Positions 50,264 to 63,400 of a DNA stretch of 64,000 nt are shown one piece after another. Origin of the DNA: Macrostomum hystrix (lineage: Eukaryota; Animalia; Platyhelminthes); contig CATNEN010000038.1 in NCBI GenBank assembly GCA_950097015.1, positions 3,658,001 to 3,722,000 of the forward strand. The letters run 5' to 3'. Numbering within the stretch: position 1 is the stretch's first letter; the number at the start of each line of letters is the position of its first letter. Both the position numbers and the translations under genes were made by a program. The notes under the pieces were generated by a model. The model did not search any database, was not told where the DNA came from, and worked only from the letters and a program-made list of their open reading frames with translations.

Positions 50264-51548
50264 ATGAGACCACTTGTAGTTCTCATCTGCCACCTGCTCT
50301 GCTGCTCGGTCCTCCGCTGCGTGTTGGCCGTTGAGTTCGGTCCCATCGGCTGCTACGTGGATAACGTGGGCCTTGTCAGGGACCTCAATGGCCTGGCCGG
50401 CATGTCCACCATCGGGTCCTATAGCGTGAACACATTCGAAAAGGGCGTCTTTATGAGCTCCATGACTCTGCAGTTGTGCAGCACCATCTGCAGCATCGGC
50501 AGCTTTGTCTACTTTGGTGTCCAGAATGGAGACGGCTGCTACTGCGGCAACTCCTACGGCAGTCAGGGCGTTGCTGCGGCCTCCGACTGCAACAAGCCGT
50601 GCGCTGGAGATGTCAGCCAGATCTGCGGATCTGCGGATCGCAACTCTGTGTACCGACTGCTCTACCTGCGTCCTAGTAAGCACTTTTGGATATATATTAT
50701 TATCAGATTATCCTGCCACACTTGTTGCATTTCCTTATGGCTTGCAATCTCGATCATTGTAATTTTCATGCACGACTTTTCATGTCGAAATATCGTTGTC
50801 TTTCGACCACAGACAATTTCATTCTCGCTCGTCATTTGGGGATGATAAAAAATAATGTTACCAATGTTGACCAACTGCTAGCTTTTCCTTAGTCTCGTCG
50901 CTTTGATTGGTTTATTCCTGCACGCGGACGAGCGCGTGAATGTAAGAATATATACCGGCTATTGAGGGTATCAAAGGGCATAGACAGTGATGCCCGAAAT
51001 AGCCGGTGTGTATTTTCATTGAGCAACGCTGGGATTCCCGCCATGCTCTGTTTGCACCATAGACATTCCACCGGGGTTTTAATGTCGTCCATTAAAACCG
51101 CGCGGTATTTAATGGCGGGAATCCCAGCGTTGCTCAATGAAAATACACACCGGCTATTTCGGGCATCAATGTCTATGACATGCTATTATCTTGCTCCCTC
51201 CTGTTGTCGCTACTTCAACGTTTGAACTACAAGAACGTTGTAGCCATAGACATAGACATAGTTTAACGATGTTCATTAAAACCCTTGCTCAGCGTTGTTC
51301 AATGGGCCATTCCAGTTGGCACACTGTTCGTCCTGCAGACTGGCCGACTGTACCTGAATGTGAGCTCCTCCAGCGGACCGTTCTACCGAAGCCGGCAGCC
51401 AATCAGGAGCGACATGGAATGCTTCGTGAACTGCAACGCCGACTGCCAGGCAGTTCTGGTCGGTCCGGGCGTCTGCCAACTGTTCAAGTTCCCCGCTGTG
51501 CCCCACGAGCTGCTCAACATGCCGGGCGAGTTCTTTGTTCGAGTCTAG
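50264..51548 (+). CDS. Secreted WSC-domain + PAN/Apple-like protein, copy B (exons 50264-50675, 51316-51548)
   Basis: Signal peptide followed by a WSC cysteine pattern (GCYVD...MT..LC...C...YFGVQNG..CYCGN...C..PCAGD..QICG....SVY). The donor CCTA|GTAAG and acceptor TTCCAG|TT are both phase 1. Exon 2 reads ECFVNCNADCQAV...CQLF. Confidence 0.85.
50979..51177. mobile_element. Fold-back MITE-like inverted repeat in the WSC intron
   Basis: About 66-bp near-perfect arms CATAGACAGTGATGCCCGAAATAGCCGG.../...CCGGCTATTTCGGGCATCAATGTCTATG; no TSD seen. Confidence 0.75.
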
Positions 51549-52144
51549 CCTTCAAGATGAGGCCGTCTTCAATGTGGCTCACAGGTGCAACATTTCATTC
51601 AGAGATAAAAGCGTTGCAGGAATTCGGCGTTTGAGTAATGAAGAAGCAAAGATGCTCAAAATTCCTGAGCAGTTGGAACTACTTACAACTCTGAGCTAGC
51701 GAGTAGTACAGTAAAATTATTTTATAGTTTGCCTAGACTTGAGTAAAAAACAGTTTATCTAGAATTTAATCAACTTAAGACAACAACAGACCTGGGGTCA
51801 AAGTTACAGTACGACTGTATATGCGCTGCCTCTGATGGGTAACCAGTTTATAAGTTTATTTTAGATAATTTGTGCCAATATACCTCGTATATTTGATACC
51901 CTTTTAGCTCGTACTTTTTTTCTTTCATCAGCATATCTTATTCCTCGTTTTGTAACTTTTCTTTCGTGTTTTTGCAAATTCATCTATAAACGTGCTTTTT
52001 ATTGCGATCACAAACCAACCTCCCTTTGACCTACGCAGTTAATAACTATAGTAATAATATAAATAAAAATAATTCATTAACTTTAAAAAGAAAATAGCTG
52101 TTTGGTTTCTTTTTTGTGTCTCGAAGACGACACCAAACGGGCCC

Positions 52145-54308
52145 CAATTGACAGGCTCCAATTGAGAGGCTCAAATTGACAGGCTCAAATTGACAGGCTC
52201 TAATTGACAGGCTCCGATTACCAGGCTTCCATCGACAGGCTCCAATTGACACGCTCCTACTGACAGGCTCCAATCGACAGGCTCCAATTGACAGGTTCAA
52301 ATTGACAGGCTCAAATTGACAGGCTCAAATTGACAGGCTCCAATTGACAGGCTCCGATTGACAGGCTCCAATTGACAGGCTCCAATTGACAGGCTCCAAT
52401 TGACAGGCTCCAATTGACAGGCTCAAATTGACAGGCTCCAATTGACAGGCTCCAATTGACAGGCTCAAATTGACAGGCTCCAATTGACAGGCTCCAATTG
52501 ACAGGCTCCAATTGACAGGCTCCAATTGACAGGCTCAAATTGACAGGCTCCAATTGACAGGCTCCAATTGACAGGCTCAAATTGACAGGCTCCAATTGAC
52601 AGGCTCCAATTGACAGGCTCCAATTGACAGGCTCCAATTGACAGGCTCCAATTGACAGGCTCAAATTGACAGGCTCCAATTGACAGGCTCCGATTGACAT
52701 GCTTCAATCGACAGGCTCTAATTGACAGGCTCTAATTGACAGGCTCTAATTGACAGGCTCTAATTGACAGGCTCTAATTGACAGGCTCCAATTGACAGGC
52801 TCCAATTGACAGGCTCCAATTGACAGGCTCTAATTGACAGGCTCTAATTGACAGGCTCCAATTGACAGGCTCCAATTGACAGGCTCCGATTGACAGGCTC
52901 CAATTGACAGGCTCCAATTGACAGGCTCTAATTGACAGGCTCCAATTGACAGGCTCTAATTGACAGGCTCCAATTGACAGGCTCTAATTGACAGGCTCCA
53001 ATTGACAGGCTCTAATTGACAGGCTCCAATTGACAGGCTCCAATTGACAGGCTCCAATTGACAGGCTCCGATTGACAGGCTCCAATTGACAGGCTCCAAT
53101 TGACAGGCTCCAATTGACAGGCTCCAATTGACAGGCTCTAATTGACAGGCTCCAATTGACAGGCTCTAATTGACAGGCTCCAATTGACAGGCTCCGATTG
53201 ACAGGCTCCAATTGACAGGCTCTAATTGACAGGCTCCAATTGACAGGCTCCAATTGACAGGCTCTAATTGACAGGCTCCAATTGACAGGCTCTAATTGAC
53301 AGGCTCCGATTACCAGGCTTCCATCGACAGGCTCCAATTGACACGCTCTTACTGACAGGCTCCAATTGACAGGCTCTAATTGACAGGCTCTAATTGACAG
53401 GCTCCAATTGACAGGCTCCAATTGACAGGCTCTAATTGACAGGCTCCAATTGACAGGCTCTAATTGACAGGCTCCGATTACCAGGCTTCCATCGACAGGC
53501 TCCAATTGACACGCTCTTACTGACAGGCTCCAATTGACAGGCTCTAATTGACAGGCTCTAATTGACAGGCTCTAATTGACAGGCTCCAATTGACAGGCTC
53601 TAATTGACAGGCTCCAATTGACAGGCTCTAATTGACAGGCTCTAATTGACAGGCTCCGATTACCAGGCTTCCATCGACAGGCTCCAATTGACACGCTCTT
53701 ACTGACAGGCTCCAATTGACAGGCTCTAATTGACAGGCTCTAATTGACAGGCTCCAATTGACAGGCTCCAATTGACAGGCTCTAATTGACAGGCTCCAAT
53801 TGACAGGCTCTAATTGACAGGCTCCAATTGACAGGCTCTAATTGACAGGCTCCAATTGACAGGCTCTAATTGACAGGCTCTAATTGACAGGCTCCAATTG
53901 ACAGGCTCTAATTGACAGGCTCCAATTGACAGGCTCCAATTGACAGGCTCCAATTGACAGGCTCCGATTGACAGGCTCCAATTGACAGGCTCCAATTGAC
54001 AGGCTCCAATTGACAGGCTCCAATTGACAGGCTCTAATTGACAGGCTCCAATTGACAGGCTCTAATTGACAGGCTCCAATTGACAGGCTCCGATTGACAG
54101 GCTCCAATTGACAGGCTCTAATTGACAGGCTCTAATTGACAGGCTCTAATTGACAGGCTCCAATTGACAGGCTCTAATTGACAGGCTCCAATTGACAGGC
54201 TCTAATTGACAGGCTCCGATTACCAGGCTTCCATCGACAGGCTCCAATTGACACGCTCTTACTGACAGGCTCCAATTGACAGGCTCCAATTGACAGGCTC
54301 CAATTGAC
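52145..54308. repeat. 14-bp satellite (TTGACAGGCTCYAA)n
   Basis: Direct tandem repeat. Confidence 0.96.
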
Positions 54309-55126
54309 AATGCGATGTTCTCAGGATAATGAATTTGGAGCTAGTTTTATTGATTTGGGATTGAAAACAAGGAAGACTGATGTCTTCTGGAAAGCAAATG
54401 TAAACGTTTGTGACAGGCGATGAAGGAGCCGTGTGAATTGCGGTGCCTTTTTCATCTGGTACAGGATAGTTTGAGCTCTGAATTTCGGGAGACTGTGTGA
54501 ATCGTTGCCCCATAAGACAGTTTAGAGATGAATGAAAAATTTGGAGATAATGTTGAAAGATTCGAGTGTAAGCACGCTAAAATTTTATTTCTATTTCATG
54601 CAGGATATTTACAAGCTAGACTACGAGGCAATGAATTAGGGAGAAGACAGCGTCAACGATTGTCATAAAAGGGTCCGTCTTGCCTACTGCAGTGAATTGT
54701 CTGTCCTCAGCGTGCGTAACGACGTGATTAAATGCATCGGATTAAAATTATTCGAATAGAATGAATGCGACAATGCTAATCAAATCTATTTCTGACGCGG
54801 TGTCTGCGCGTCCATCGATTTCAGGGCCGAATTGTTTAATCCCGACACACCGTGACGAGGAAAGTAAAGCGATTTTTCAAGCAACAATGAGAGAAAATAG
54901 TCGCTGCTGCCTCCCAAACATCACGGTTGAATCATCTCATCACAATCACTCAGCTTACTCGCTCCTTTACGATTCACATCTAAAACCAGCGAATTCAACG
55001 AATGCTGCGCAGCACCAAAAGCACAACCTGAGAGAAGAGGTATAAATATTCATTTGCAACATCAATCAAAGAATAGCTCAACTGTAAACTCTCTGCAGAC
55101 AGTTATAATTGTAAGCGGTCTGCACA

Positions 55127-56888
55127 ATGAGACCACTTGTAGTTCTCATCTGCCACCTGCTCTGCTGCTCGGTCCTCCGCTGCGTGTTGGCCGTTGAGTT
55201 CGGTCCCATCGGCTGCTACGTGGATAACGTGGGCCATGTCAGGGACCTCAACGGCCTGGCCGGCATGTCCACCATCGGTTCCTACAGCGTGAACACATTC
55301 GAAAAGGGCGTCATTATGAGCTCCATGACTGTGCAGTTGTGCAGCACCATCTGCAGCATCGGCAGCTTTGTCTACTTTGGTGTCCAGAATGGAGACGGCT
55401 GCTACTGCGGCAACTCCTACGGCAGTCAGGGCGTTGCTGCGGCCTCCGACTGCAACAAGCCGTGCGCTGGAGATGTCAGCCAGATCTGCGGATCTGCGGA
55501 TCGCAACTCTGTGTACCGACTGCTCTACCTGCGTCCTAGTAAGCACTTTTGGATATATATTATTATCAGATTATCCTGCCACACTTGTTGCATTTCCTTA
55601 TGGCTTGCAATCTCGATCATTGTAATTTTCCTGCACGACTTTTCATGTCGAAATATCGTTGTCTTTCGACCACAGACAATTTCATTCTCGCTCGTCATTT
55701 GGAGATGATAAAAAATAATGTTACCAATGTTGACCAACTGCTAGCTTTTCCTTAGTCTCGTCGCTTTGATTGGTTTATTCCTGCACGCGGACGAGCGCGT
55801 GAATGTAAGAATATATACCGGCTATTGAGGGTATCAAAGGGCATAGACAGTGATGCCCGAAATAGCCGGTGTGTATTTTCATTGAGCAACGCTGGGATTC
55901 CCGCCATGCTCTGTTTGCACCATAGACATTCCACCGGGGTTTTAATGTCGTCCATTAAAACCGCGCGGTATTTAATGGCGGGAATCCCAGCGTTGCTCAA
56001 TGAAAATACACACCGGCTATTTCGGGCATCAATGTCTATGAAATGCTATTATCTTTGCTCCCTCCTGTTGTCGCTACTTCAACGTTTGAACTACAAGAAC
56101 GTTGTAGCCATAGACATAGACATAGTTTAACGATGTTCATTAAAACCCTTGCTCAGCGTTGTTCAATGGCAAAACAAGTGTGGGAACCGTTTTTTACCAT
56201 TTCATTCCTGCATGACAAAATGTATCGTATTAAATCGGAGGAAAATTTTGGCGTCCACCAATTATATAGGGCCGATTATTGCACGCCTTAAATGTCTATG
56301 GCCACGCTTGCATTATTTGTCCTGCTACCATAGACATTTTGAGTTTCATATTTCATATGGATGGCGTCCAGGCGCACAGTACAGTAGCTAACGCCATTGT
56401 TGCACTCATTGCCTGTCTCTCATAGCACTCGTTTGCGGTTTTAACATAGACGTTATATCGAATTTGTCGTTACGCACTCGTGATTAAGACCATTAAAGCA
56501 CGCAGCTGCGATCTAGTAATCCTACATTCCTTCATGCTGTGGTCAGACGACAATGACGCGACGCATTGAATAATGACTATAGGACATGCTGCGAGGTAAT
56601 TAGCAACAGATGCATTCAAGAGCTCAACTTCCTCACAATGGAAATGCCATTCCAGTTGGCACACTGTTCGTCCTGCAGACTGGCCGATTGTACCTGAATG
56701 CGAGCTCCTCCAGCGGACCGTTCTACCGCAGCCCGCAGCCAATCAGGAGCGACATGGAATGCTTCGTGAACTGCAACGCCGACTGCCAGGCAGTTCTGGT
56801 CGGTCCGGGCGTCTGCCAACTGTTCAAGTTCCCCGCTGTGCCCCACGAGCTGCTCAACATGCCGGGCGAGTTCTTTGTTCGAGTCTAG
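55127..56888 (+). CDS. Secreted WSC-domain + PAN/Apple-like protein, copy C (exons 55127-55538, 56656-56888)
   Basis: Near-identical to copy B, offset by 4863 bp, with a longer intron. Confidence 0.85.
55842..56040. mobile_element. Fold-back MITE-like inverted repeat (second copy)
   Basis: Same as 50979-51177. Confidence 0.75.
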
Positions 56889-57431
56889 CCTTCAAGATGA
56901 GACCGTCTTCAATGTGGCTCACGGGTGAAACATCTCAATGAGAGCAAAAAATAAAGAATATTTAAAATATTTAAATTCCTGAGCAACTCTAATTACTTAA
57001 AACTCCGGCCAGCATTACAATGAAACACTTTTCAAGTTATTTATCAAAACCTTGAGTAGCTACAAAATATACTGACTTGGCTTTGACAAAGACCTCTTTG
57101 CAGCCATTGAGAAGCATCTATTGATTAACAAAGATAAGCTATCAAGCACACGCAGACAGTGTAGTATTCAGTATCACAAAGAAATCAAATTTTTGAATGA
57201 CAAATACTTAATAACATCACAGCAAGAAAGACATTGGCAGCAATTGAGCAGCATGAATTGGTTGAAATATTGTCCCCCAAAGAACCCAGCGAAAACTCTT
57301 GATATTTTAAACTCAGAAGTGTTGATCGACACGCTAACTGTCCTGAGGTCAAACTCACATTAAGACAATAACTGACTAAGAGCAGTTATTGAAAATCATT
57401 AATTAATGAAAAATAATTCTCTTACAGTCAC

Positions 57432-57992
57432 ACCCGGATCACTCTCCCAGTCTCTGTTCACTGCGGGATCACTCTCCCAGTCTCTGTTCACTGCGGGATC
57501 ACTCTCCCAGTCTCTGTTCACTGCGGGATCACTCTCCCAGTCTCTGTTCACTGCGGGATCACTCTCCCAGTCTCTGTTCACTGCGGGATCACTCTCCCAG
57601 TCTCTGTTCACTACGGGATCACTCTCCCAGTCTCTGTTCACTACGGGATCACTCTCCCAGTCTCGGTTCACTCCTGGATCACTCTCCCAGTCACTGTTCA
57701 CTCCCGGATCACTCTCCCAGTCACTGTTCACTCCCGGATCACTCTCCCAGTCTCTGTTCGCTCCGGGATCACTCTCCCAGTCTCTGTTCGCTCCGGGATC
57801 ACTCTCCCAGTCACTGTTCACTACGGGATCACTCTCCCAGTCTCTGTTCACTCCTGGATCACTCTCCCAGTCACTGTTCACTCCCGGATCACTCTCCCAG
57901 TCTCTGTTCGCTCCGGGATCACTCTCCCAGTCACTGTTCGCTCCTGGATCACTCTCCCAGTCTCTGTTCACTCCCGGATCACTCTCCCAGTG
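57432..57992. repeat. 30-bp minisatellite (GGATCACTCTCCCAGTCTCTGTTCACTGCG), ~19 copies
   Basis: Direct tandem repeat. Confidence 0.96.
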
Positions 57993-58164
57993 ACTGTTTT
58001 CGAAAACGTATTCCAGTTTTTTCAGGAAAACTTAGGTAAATAACAGAATATTTAGATAAATGGTTAGTTATTCCGTAAAAAAGACAACACTTTAAAATGC
58101 GTGTAAGAAAAGCACAATATATTTATTCTACACAAGCATCCTCATAAACTGAACTAAACTTAAT

Positions 58165-58350
58165 GAGTCAGTAGGTCAGTGTGTCAGTGAGCAGGTGGGT
58201 CAGTGGGTCAGTGGGTCAGTGAGCAGGTGGGTCAGTGGGTCAGTGAGTAGGTGGGTCAGTGGGTCTGTGGGTCAGTGGGTTAGTGAGTTAGTGGGAAGTG
58301 GGTCAGTGTTTCAGTGGGTCAATGAGTCATTGATTCAATGAGTCAGTGAG
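58165..58350. repeat. Degenerate 8-bp repeat (CAGTGGGT)n
   Basis: Direct tandem repeat. Confidence 0.85.
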
Positions 58351-60346
58351 TCAAGTACTGACCGCTGCCACCCAGTGGGCCGCAACTGGCTGAGATGGGA
58401 CTTCGGCGGCTTTTTTCCTACCGGCGTGCGACTCGTAGAGTGTCCACCTGTGACTCAGGGCGGGTGGCACTGAGCTGCCCGTGAGCTGCAGGTCCAGCCT
58501 GTCTATGGTCCAACTGATCTCTGCTGGCTTGCTCTCATTGAACAATGTCCCAGACGACGTCGTCGGTTGTGGCGCCAGAATGCTCAGCGCCTGAGTAGCG
58601 GCGTCTTCAGTGCCAACCTGCAGCCTGGGTGCGCACTGGGCACTGGCCCACACGTACAGCAGGCCGCTATTCTTGGTGCCCTTAAGCTCGCACTTGACTC
58701 GCAGGCCGGCTGCTGACCCACCCACCTGGCCAGCCTGACTCAGATCCGTGAACCTCTCCGGGTCGCGACTAGTCACCAGTTTTGTGAGCTTGACTCTCTT
58801 GCCCAGTATCTGTTGCATCTGCGGATAATCCTGCAGCAGCTGCAGGGCCGCCAGGCAGTAGTCCGCCTGCAGTGACTTGTCTGCGAGTCAAATACAGCGG
58901 CAAATAATATAAGTAGTATAGAATAGTAGTATTGGACAGCGGGAATGCCAAGCCGGAATGGCCAATTGAATTAAGTTCTATGGCCGAGAGTTTGAATGGG
59001 TAGGAGAATGAAAGCCATAGACTATGCAAGTTTATATACGATTTCGATTTATCGGCGATTTATTGGCAATTTTGAAAACATCTACACGTTCACCGCCTTT
59101 GGCCAACGTTTGAATAAGATGGCAGGTTAGAGCTCTATAGGATTGGATTGAATACCCAATCCTAATGCTGAAGGGGTTCATTGGCTTACAGCTAAAGGGG
59201 TTCATTGGCTTACTGCTGAAGGGGTTCATCTGCTTACTGCTGAAGGGGTTCATCTGCTTACTGCTAAAGGGGTTCATTGGCTTACTGCTGAAGGGGTTCA
59301 TTGGCTTACTGCTGAAGGGGTTCATTGGCTTACTGCTGAAGGGGTTCATTGGCTTACTGCTGAAGGGGTTCATTGGCTTACTGCTGAAGGGGTTCATTGG
59401 CTTACTGCTGAAGGGGTTCATTGGCTTACTGCTGAAGGGGTTCATTGGCTTACTGCTGAAGGGGTTCATTGGCTTACTGCTGAAGGGGTTCATTGGCTTA
59501 CTGCTGAAGGGGTTCATTGGCTTACTGCTGAAGGGGTTCATTGGCTTACTGCTGAAGGGGTTCATTGGCTCTTCAGACCTTCAAGATAATCAATGTTTCT
59601 GGCCGAAGGTCTGATTTTTCCCATAAGCGCTAGTGTACTTCATACACCCCTTATACACGAATTTGCATTGCGCCTCAGTGCGGCCTTGCCAGGCCTTCCA
59701 AATTTATCAGCATGTCACCCGAATGCGCCTGCATCATCTCCGTCTTTGGTGGTCACTGAACTTTATCTAGACGGACTGGTGGACCTTTCAGGGCTAGAAC
59801 AGGTGGAACTAGGCCACTATGGACACCCTGACGTGAATATCTCCGATTTCACTGATCAAGCCTAAATATTACGCACAGCTCAACCAGTCTGTCAACCAAT
59901 CAGTCACCAACCAACAAGGTTAGCATTCAGGCGCTGCCAAAAAATGTCAGGGGGATTTCCCCCTTTGGTATAAAAACGGGCGGCAAAATGGCCTGGTAAT
60001 TCTACTGTTTACCAAGAAATAGGAGGGAGCCGAATGGTAAATGGAGTAAGGCCAGGGGGCAGGAGCTGACAAGGAGGGGGTGAGGAACAGCTAGCCAATC
60101 AGAGTCGACAGAGAGGAGAGAAGTGGAGGTTAGCAAACAAGTTGAACAGACAGGGAGAGAGGAGAAAGTACAATAAGAGGGTACGCGAGGATAAACAAAC
60201 ACGGAAAGGAAAATAACAGGCGTGCATCTGCCCACCAACTCACAGTTTGAGTACTTGCTCCACAAGTAGTAGGCGCCGCAGGCACCGCCAGCCAGGATGT
60301 TGAAACGCAGAATATTACCAAAGGTGGATTTGCCGCTTTTAAACAT
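58351..60346 (-). CDS. COA1: Cytochrome c oxidase assembly factor 1-like (Coa1/Tim21 family); exons 60346-60244 and 58880-58351
   Basis: Exon 1 has a TM segment ILAGGACGAYYLWSKY with donor AACT|GTGAGT; acceptor CTCGCAG|AC joins in frame. Exon 2 reads Y..ALQLLQDYP....ILG...GTKNSGLLYV...WTIDRLDLQL, resembling COA1 as I recall it (AGG...YYL, GxKxxGLLYV, W.LD...L.L). Confidence 0.75.
59165..59569. repeat. Intronic 24-bp minisatellite (CTGCTGAAGGGGTTCATTGGCTTA)
   Basis: Direct tandem repeat. Confidence 0.96.
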
Positions 60347-60424
60347 CTTTGCAATCGCAGTGGATAGTACTGAAAGCCAGATCGGTTGCTAAGCCAGTTT
60401 AATTAAATTTTCGAATGCTAGTTC

Positions 60425-63400
60425 CAGTTGCTATGGGAGTAGGCTGAGACATGGCTATACCATACCGCGTCCAAGACTAACTTTCCAGTCTTCTCTCCAG
60501 TGTCTCATCTATCAAGCGTTTCTTCTCGCTTGTTCTTCTTCTCTCGTCTCCCCAAATCTCATCCCCCATGTCTTACCTCCCCATGTCTTACCTCCCCATG
60601 TCTTATAACCCCATGTCTTACCTCCCCATGTCTTACCTCCCCATGTCTTACCTCCCCATGTCTTACCGTCCCATGTCTTACCTCCCCATGTCTTACCTCC
60701 CCATGTCTTACCTCCCCATGTCTTACCTCCCCATGTCTTACCTCCCCATGTCTTACCTCCCCATGTCTTACCTCCCCATGTCTTATCGTCCTATGTCTTA
60801 CCTCCCCATGTCTTATCGTCCCATGTCTTACCTCCCCATGTCTTACCTCCCCATGTCTTACCTCCCCATGTCTTATCGTCCCATGTCTTACCTCCCCATG
60901 TCTTATCGTCCCATGTCTTATCTCCCCATGTCTTACCTCCCATGTCTATATCCAATGTCTTACCTCCCCATGTCTTACCTCCCCATGTCTTACCTCCCCA
61001 TGTCTTACCTCCCCATGTCTTACCTCCCCATGTCTTATCGTCCTATGTCTTACCTCCCCATGTCTTATCGTCCCATGTCTTACCTCCCCATGTCTTACCG
61101 TCCCATGTCTTACCTCCCCATGTCTTACCTCCCCATGTCTTACCTCCCCATGTCTTATCGTCCCATGTCTTACCTCCCCATGTCTTATCGTCCCATGTCT
61201 TATCTCCCCATGTCTTACCTCCCATGTCTATATCCAATGTCTTACCTCCCCATGTCTTACCTCCCCATGTCTTATCGTCCTATGTCTTACCTCCCCATGT
61301 CTTATCGTCCCATGTCTTACCTCCCCATGTCTTACCGTCCCATGTCTTACCTCCCCATGTCTTACCTCCCCATGTCTTACCTCCCCATGTCTTATCGTCC
61401 CATGTCTTACCTCCCCATGTCTTATCGTCCCATGTCTTATCTCCCCATGTCTTACCTCCCATGTCTATATCCAATGTCTTACCTCCCCATGTCTTACCTC
61501 CCCATGTCTTACCTCCCCATGTCCTATCTCTGCCATGTTATCGAGTTTCTGTGACTTTACTCACTATAGTCTCTCTGATTATGAGCTAGAAAATGAGAGT
61601 AATTTGAATGTCTTTACTCTCTAAAATATTTAAGCAAAAACATTTGACAAGGTGACAAGCGGCTCGTGTGTATATTTGAGTAAAAGATCTCACTAAATAA
61701 TAAAAAACTACAGTTGCTATGGGAGTAGGCTGAGCAAATACCGTGTCCAAGTCTAACTTTCCAGTCTTCTCTCCAGTGTATCATCTATCAAGCGTTTCTT
61801 CTCGCTTGTTCTTCTTCTCTCGTCTCCCCAAATCTCATCCCCCATGTCTTACCTCCCCATGTCTTACCTCCCCATGTCTTACCTCCCCATGTCTTACCTC
61901 CCCATGTCTTACCTCCCCATGTCTTACCTCCCCATGTCTTACCTCCCCATGTCTTACCTCCCCATGTCTTACCTCCCCATGTCTTACCTCCCCATGTCTT
62001 ACCTCCCCATGTCTTACCTCCCCATGTCTTATCGTCCCATGTCTTATCGCCCCATGTCTTACCTCCCATGTCTTACCTCCCCATGTCTTATCTCCCCATG
62101 TCTTACCTCCCCATGTCTTACCTCCCCATGTCCTACCTCCCCATGTCTTACCCCCTCATGTCTTACCTCCCCATGTCTTACCTCCCCATGTCCTACCTCC
62201 CCATGTCTTACCTCCCCATGTCTTATAACCCCATGTCTTACCTCCCCATGTCTTATCTCCCCATGTCTTACCTCCCCATGTCTTATCTCCCCATGTCTTA
62301 CCCCCTCATGTCTTACCTCCCCATGTCTTACCTCCCCATGTCCTACCTCCCCATGTCTTACCTCCCCATGTCTTACCTCCCCATGTCTTATCTCCCCATG
62401 TCTTATCTCCCCATGTCTTACCTCCCATGTCTTACCTCCCCATGTCTTACCTCCCCATGTCTTATCTCCCCATGTCTTACCTCCCCATGTCCTACCTCCC
62501 CATGTCCTACCTCCCCATGTCTTACCTCCCCATGTCTTATAACCCCATGTCTTACCTCCCCATGTCTTATCTCCCCATGTCTTACCTCCCCATGTCTTAT
62601 CTCCCCATGTCTTACCCCCTCATGTCTTACCTCCCCATGTCTTACCTCCCCATGTCCTACCTCCCCATGTCTTACCTCCCCATGTCTTACCTCCCCATGT
62701 CTTATCTCCCCATGTCTTACCTCCCATGTCTTACCTCCCCATGTCTTACCTCCCCATGTCTTATCTCCCCATGTCTTACCTCCCCATGTCTTATCTCCCC
62801 ATGTCTTACCCCCTCATGTCTTATCTCCCCATGTCTTACCTCCCCATGTCTTATCTCCCCATGTCTTACCTCCCCATGTCTTACCTCCCCATGTCTTACC
62901 CCCTCATGTCTTACCTCCCCATGTCTTACCTCCCCATGTCCTACCTCCCCATGTCTTACCTCCCCATGTCTTACCTCCCCATGTCTTATCTCCCCATGTC
63001 TTATCTCCCCATGTCTTACCTCCCATGTCTTACCTCCCCATGTCTTACCTCCCCATGTCTTATCTCCCCATGTCTTACCTCCCCATGTCTTATCTCCCCA
63101 TGTCTTACCCCCTCATGTCTTATCTCCCCATGTCTTACCTCCCCATGTCTTATCTCCCCATGTCTTACCCCCTCATGTCTTATCTCCCCATGTCTTACCT
63201 CCCCATGTCTTATCTCCCCATGTCTTACCTCCCCATGTCTTACCTCCCCATGTCTTACCTCCCCATGTCTTATCGTCCCATGTCTTATCGCCCCATGTCT
63301 TACCTCCCATGTCTTACCTCCCCATGTCTTATCTCCCCATCTCTTACCTCCCCATGTCCTACCTCCCCATGTCTTACCCCCTCATGTCTTACCTCCCCAT

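Noticed and set aside
50676-50845. Apparent C-terminal transmembrane tail of the WSC ORFs (also 55539-55708)
   Set aside because: Likely intron read-through past a strong GTAAG donor. Copy A diverges right at this point while exon 2 is conserved in all three copies.
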